A stretch of 64,000 bases of DNA, taken from NCBI RefSeq assembly GCF_032062105.1, contig NW_026926606.1, forward strand, positions 62,001 through 126,000, given 5' to 3'. The translations under genes were made by a program, and so were the position numbers. This stretch comes from Saccostrea cucullata (taxonomy: Eukaryota). Below are positions 62,074-64,000 of this stretch, piece after piece. Each line of letters begins with the position of its first letter. Position 1 is the stretch's first letter. A model generated the notes under the pieces. It ran no database searches and was not told where the DNA came from. It saw only the letters and a list, made by a program, of their open reading frames with translations.

Positions 62074-63165
62074 ATGAACACTATGCATTTATGTTATCTG
62101 CCTGTTGTTGCTATATTTTGGTTCAGTAAGTATTGGGAGACTTTTATAAAATGTATGCGGATATTGACTCACATTATTGTTAAAATTTGATTGTTTAAAA
62201 AAAGTTGTTTGCAAAACAAAAAATGCAAATTACCGGGCATATCCATTACTTCTGTTCTACAAAATATCATTGATTTAATTTTGACTGAAATTAGAATTAA
62301 AGACTGAATATTTCTGGCAAACAGTTATTTGACAGTTCATTTCATATGGACAATTGAGCTAAGAATATTTACGTTTGAATATTTTAGAATGTTCTCATGT
62401 TAAGGTCAAGATCTAGTAAATGGAAGGTGCCTACAGATTTTTCAAATTTAAGAAATTAATTCCTTTAATGATGCTTTATAATATTAGCTTGGTCAAAATA
62501 GATGTTTCGGGGCATAATTTGTAGAAAAACAAGATGAAAAACCATATTTTAAACTGTCATTTTAACCGAAAAATTAAGAAATTTAAACCAGTATTGAAAA
62601 TGGGAGTTTTTTTCCATATCAGGCAAAGAAAATGTATCCAGATTGCCTACAGTTTTTCAGAAAACGGTTATTTGTATGTTCTTAGTCTCTACTTTAAAAT
62701 AATGTCAAATTTAAGATAAGTATCGGGACTACTTTTCATGTGATTTCAGATTGAATTCCATGGAAGTACTCTATTTTCTACATAATTCTATTAGAGCCGT
62801 AAAGTACGGGAAAAAGAAAGTTGAAAGTGATTATGACGTCATAATGGATTTAGCACTGAAAAGTTATTCCAAAGTCATTTACTAGATCTTGACCTTAAAA
62901 TGTCAATTTTTCTTTTGTACAACATTATCTATATTTTCATGCCTAAGACACTTGTTCCGGAGTTCACACAATATCAAAGGAAATATATCTCCCTTTATCT
63001 GAGGAGATAACGATAACGTCTCCAGGATATCCAATGAAAAACTACGAGAGGGACACAACTTATACGTGGACGGTGACAGCACCTGACGTCACAGAAGCGA
63101 TAGATATCAGGATAGAAATGGATATTCACTACAATCCAGGATTCCTATGCTATGACTACCTAAAG
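62074..63165 (+). CDS. Tandem paralogue of the CUB receptor (first two coding exons; the gene probably continues past the window)
   Basis: Signal exon 62074-62125 (52 nt, MNTMHLCYLPVVAIFWF) and CUB exon 62948-63165 (218 nt, ITSPGYPMKNYERDTTYTWTVTAPDV...CYDYLK). Both match exons 46453-46504 and 48596-48813 in length and phase; the CUB exons are clearly similar in sequence. Confidence 0.82.
62401..62897. mobile_element. MITE with 22-bp perfect inverted termini in intron 1 of the CUB paralogue
   Basis: TAAGGTCAAGATCTAGTAAATG ... CATTTACTAGATCTTGACCTTA. Confidence 0.8.
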
Positions 63166-63473
63166 GTTTAGTATTCAATGTATTATTTTAGTATGTATAT
63201 ATTACACGTGATGATTTTTTTTGATAATCGGTACTTAACGAGGCTCGGGGGTGGCAGCCATTTTTAGACTATTTCAATCTCCTTTAAAAGGAGAGCTCCA
63301 TATAAAGATATACAAAATGATAAAATTTTAAAACTAAAATATATGAATTTTTTCTTTGCCAAATGATAGTTGACAGCTAAATATACCATATCTAAAAAAA
63401 TAGTTAAAGCCGCTTAACCCGAAACAGGCACATATTATCTTACACAATAAAAGTACGTCATTACATAGATATG

Positions 63474-64000
63474 CCCTGTTCACACGGAGAGTTTAATTCG
63501 CAGTAAATTAATGCGAAGTAAACTAATGCGAATCAAACTAATGCGAATTAAATTGCGTTCACACGACAGCTAATGCGAAATAAACTAATGCGAATTAAAA
63601 TTTTACTTCGACAGTCAGGCGTGAGGAAGGCTATTATGACATCATTTGCAAATCATGTCACCTTATGCAGAAGCAGATATATTTGACATAATGTCACAGT
63701 GTCTGGAGACATATTTTAGTGATTAACACATTTTTTCTTAGTTTTTCACTCAAAAATAGCACAAATACTTAAAGCTTACCACCGACATGACGTATTTGAC
63801 TTAATTTTGCCATTACGCATGCCCCAAAATTTAATTCGAATTAGCTTCGCTTAGCGTTCACACGGAGCTAATGCGAAGTAATTTAATGCGCAGTAAACTA
63901 ATGCGAAGTAAACTAATTCGCATTAAATTCTCCGTGTGAACGCTAAGCGAAGCTAATTCGCAGTAAACTTACGTTTAATTCGAATTAAACTCTCCGTGTG
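63474..64000. mobile_element. Harbinger-like MITE with 15-bp subterminal repeats (right end cut by the window)
   Basis: GCCCTGTTCACACGGAGAGTTTAATTCG at the left, CGAATTAAACTCTCCGTGTG at the window end; arrays of AACTAATGCGAAGTA. Confidence 0.7.

Noticed and set aside
1-64000. tRNA/rRNA genes, prokaryotic operons or autonomous transposase/RT genes
   Set aside because: None recognised by eye; all retroelement and transposon sequences are truncated or non-autonomous. A tRNAscan/Infernal run would be needed to exclude small ncRNAs.

Overview
AT-rich, intron-rich animal genomic DNA, most likely an oyster (Crassostrea/Magallana-type bivalve), judged from ~166-bp Cg170-like satellite monomers inside Helentron/Helitron-N elements and from the MITE repertoire. 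I reconstructed five spliced genes by hand, checking GT-AG sites and exon phases. (1) A minus-strand single-pass membrane protein (coding 2617-19349) with no signal peptide, a short Ser/Thr-rich ectodomain, an ITIM-like exon and two mutually exclusive tyrosine-motif terminal exons. (2) A minus-strand MIS18BP1/KNL2 orthologue (26149-39225, 16 coding exons) with SANTA, CENP-C-like, SANT and AT-hook motifs. (3) NDUFAF5 (40227-45050, 11 exons), head-to-head with MIS18BP1. (4) A CUB + mucin stalk + TM receptor with an ITAM-like tail (46453-58763). (5) The start of a tandem paralogue of it (62074 onward). Introns are packed with Helentron satellite elements, hAT, TA-TSD and Harbinger-like MITEs, fold-back palindromes, and Penelope-like and CR1-like retroelement remnants. 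The most unusual pattern is in MIS18BP1: three separate splice junctions are themselves tandemly amplified (about 42 copies of a 33-bp donor unit, 7 copies of an acceptor+microexon+donor unit, and a 2-copy acceptor). All gene models are manual predictions without transcript evidence.
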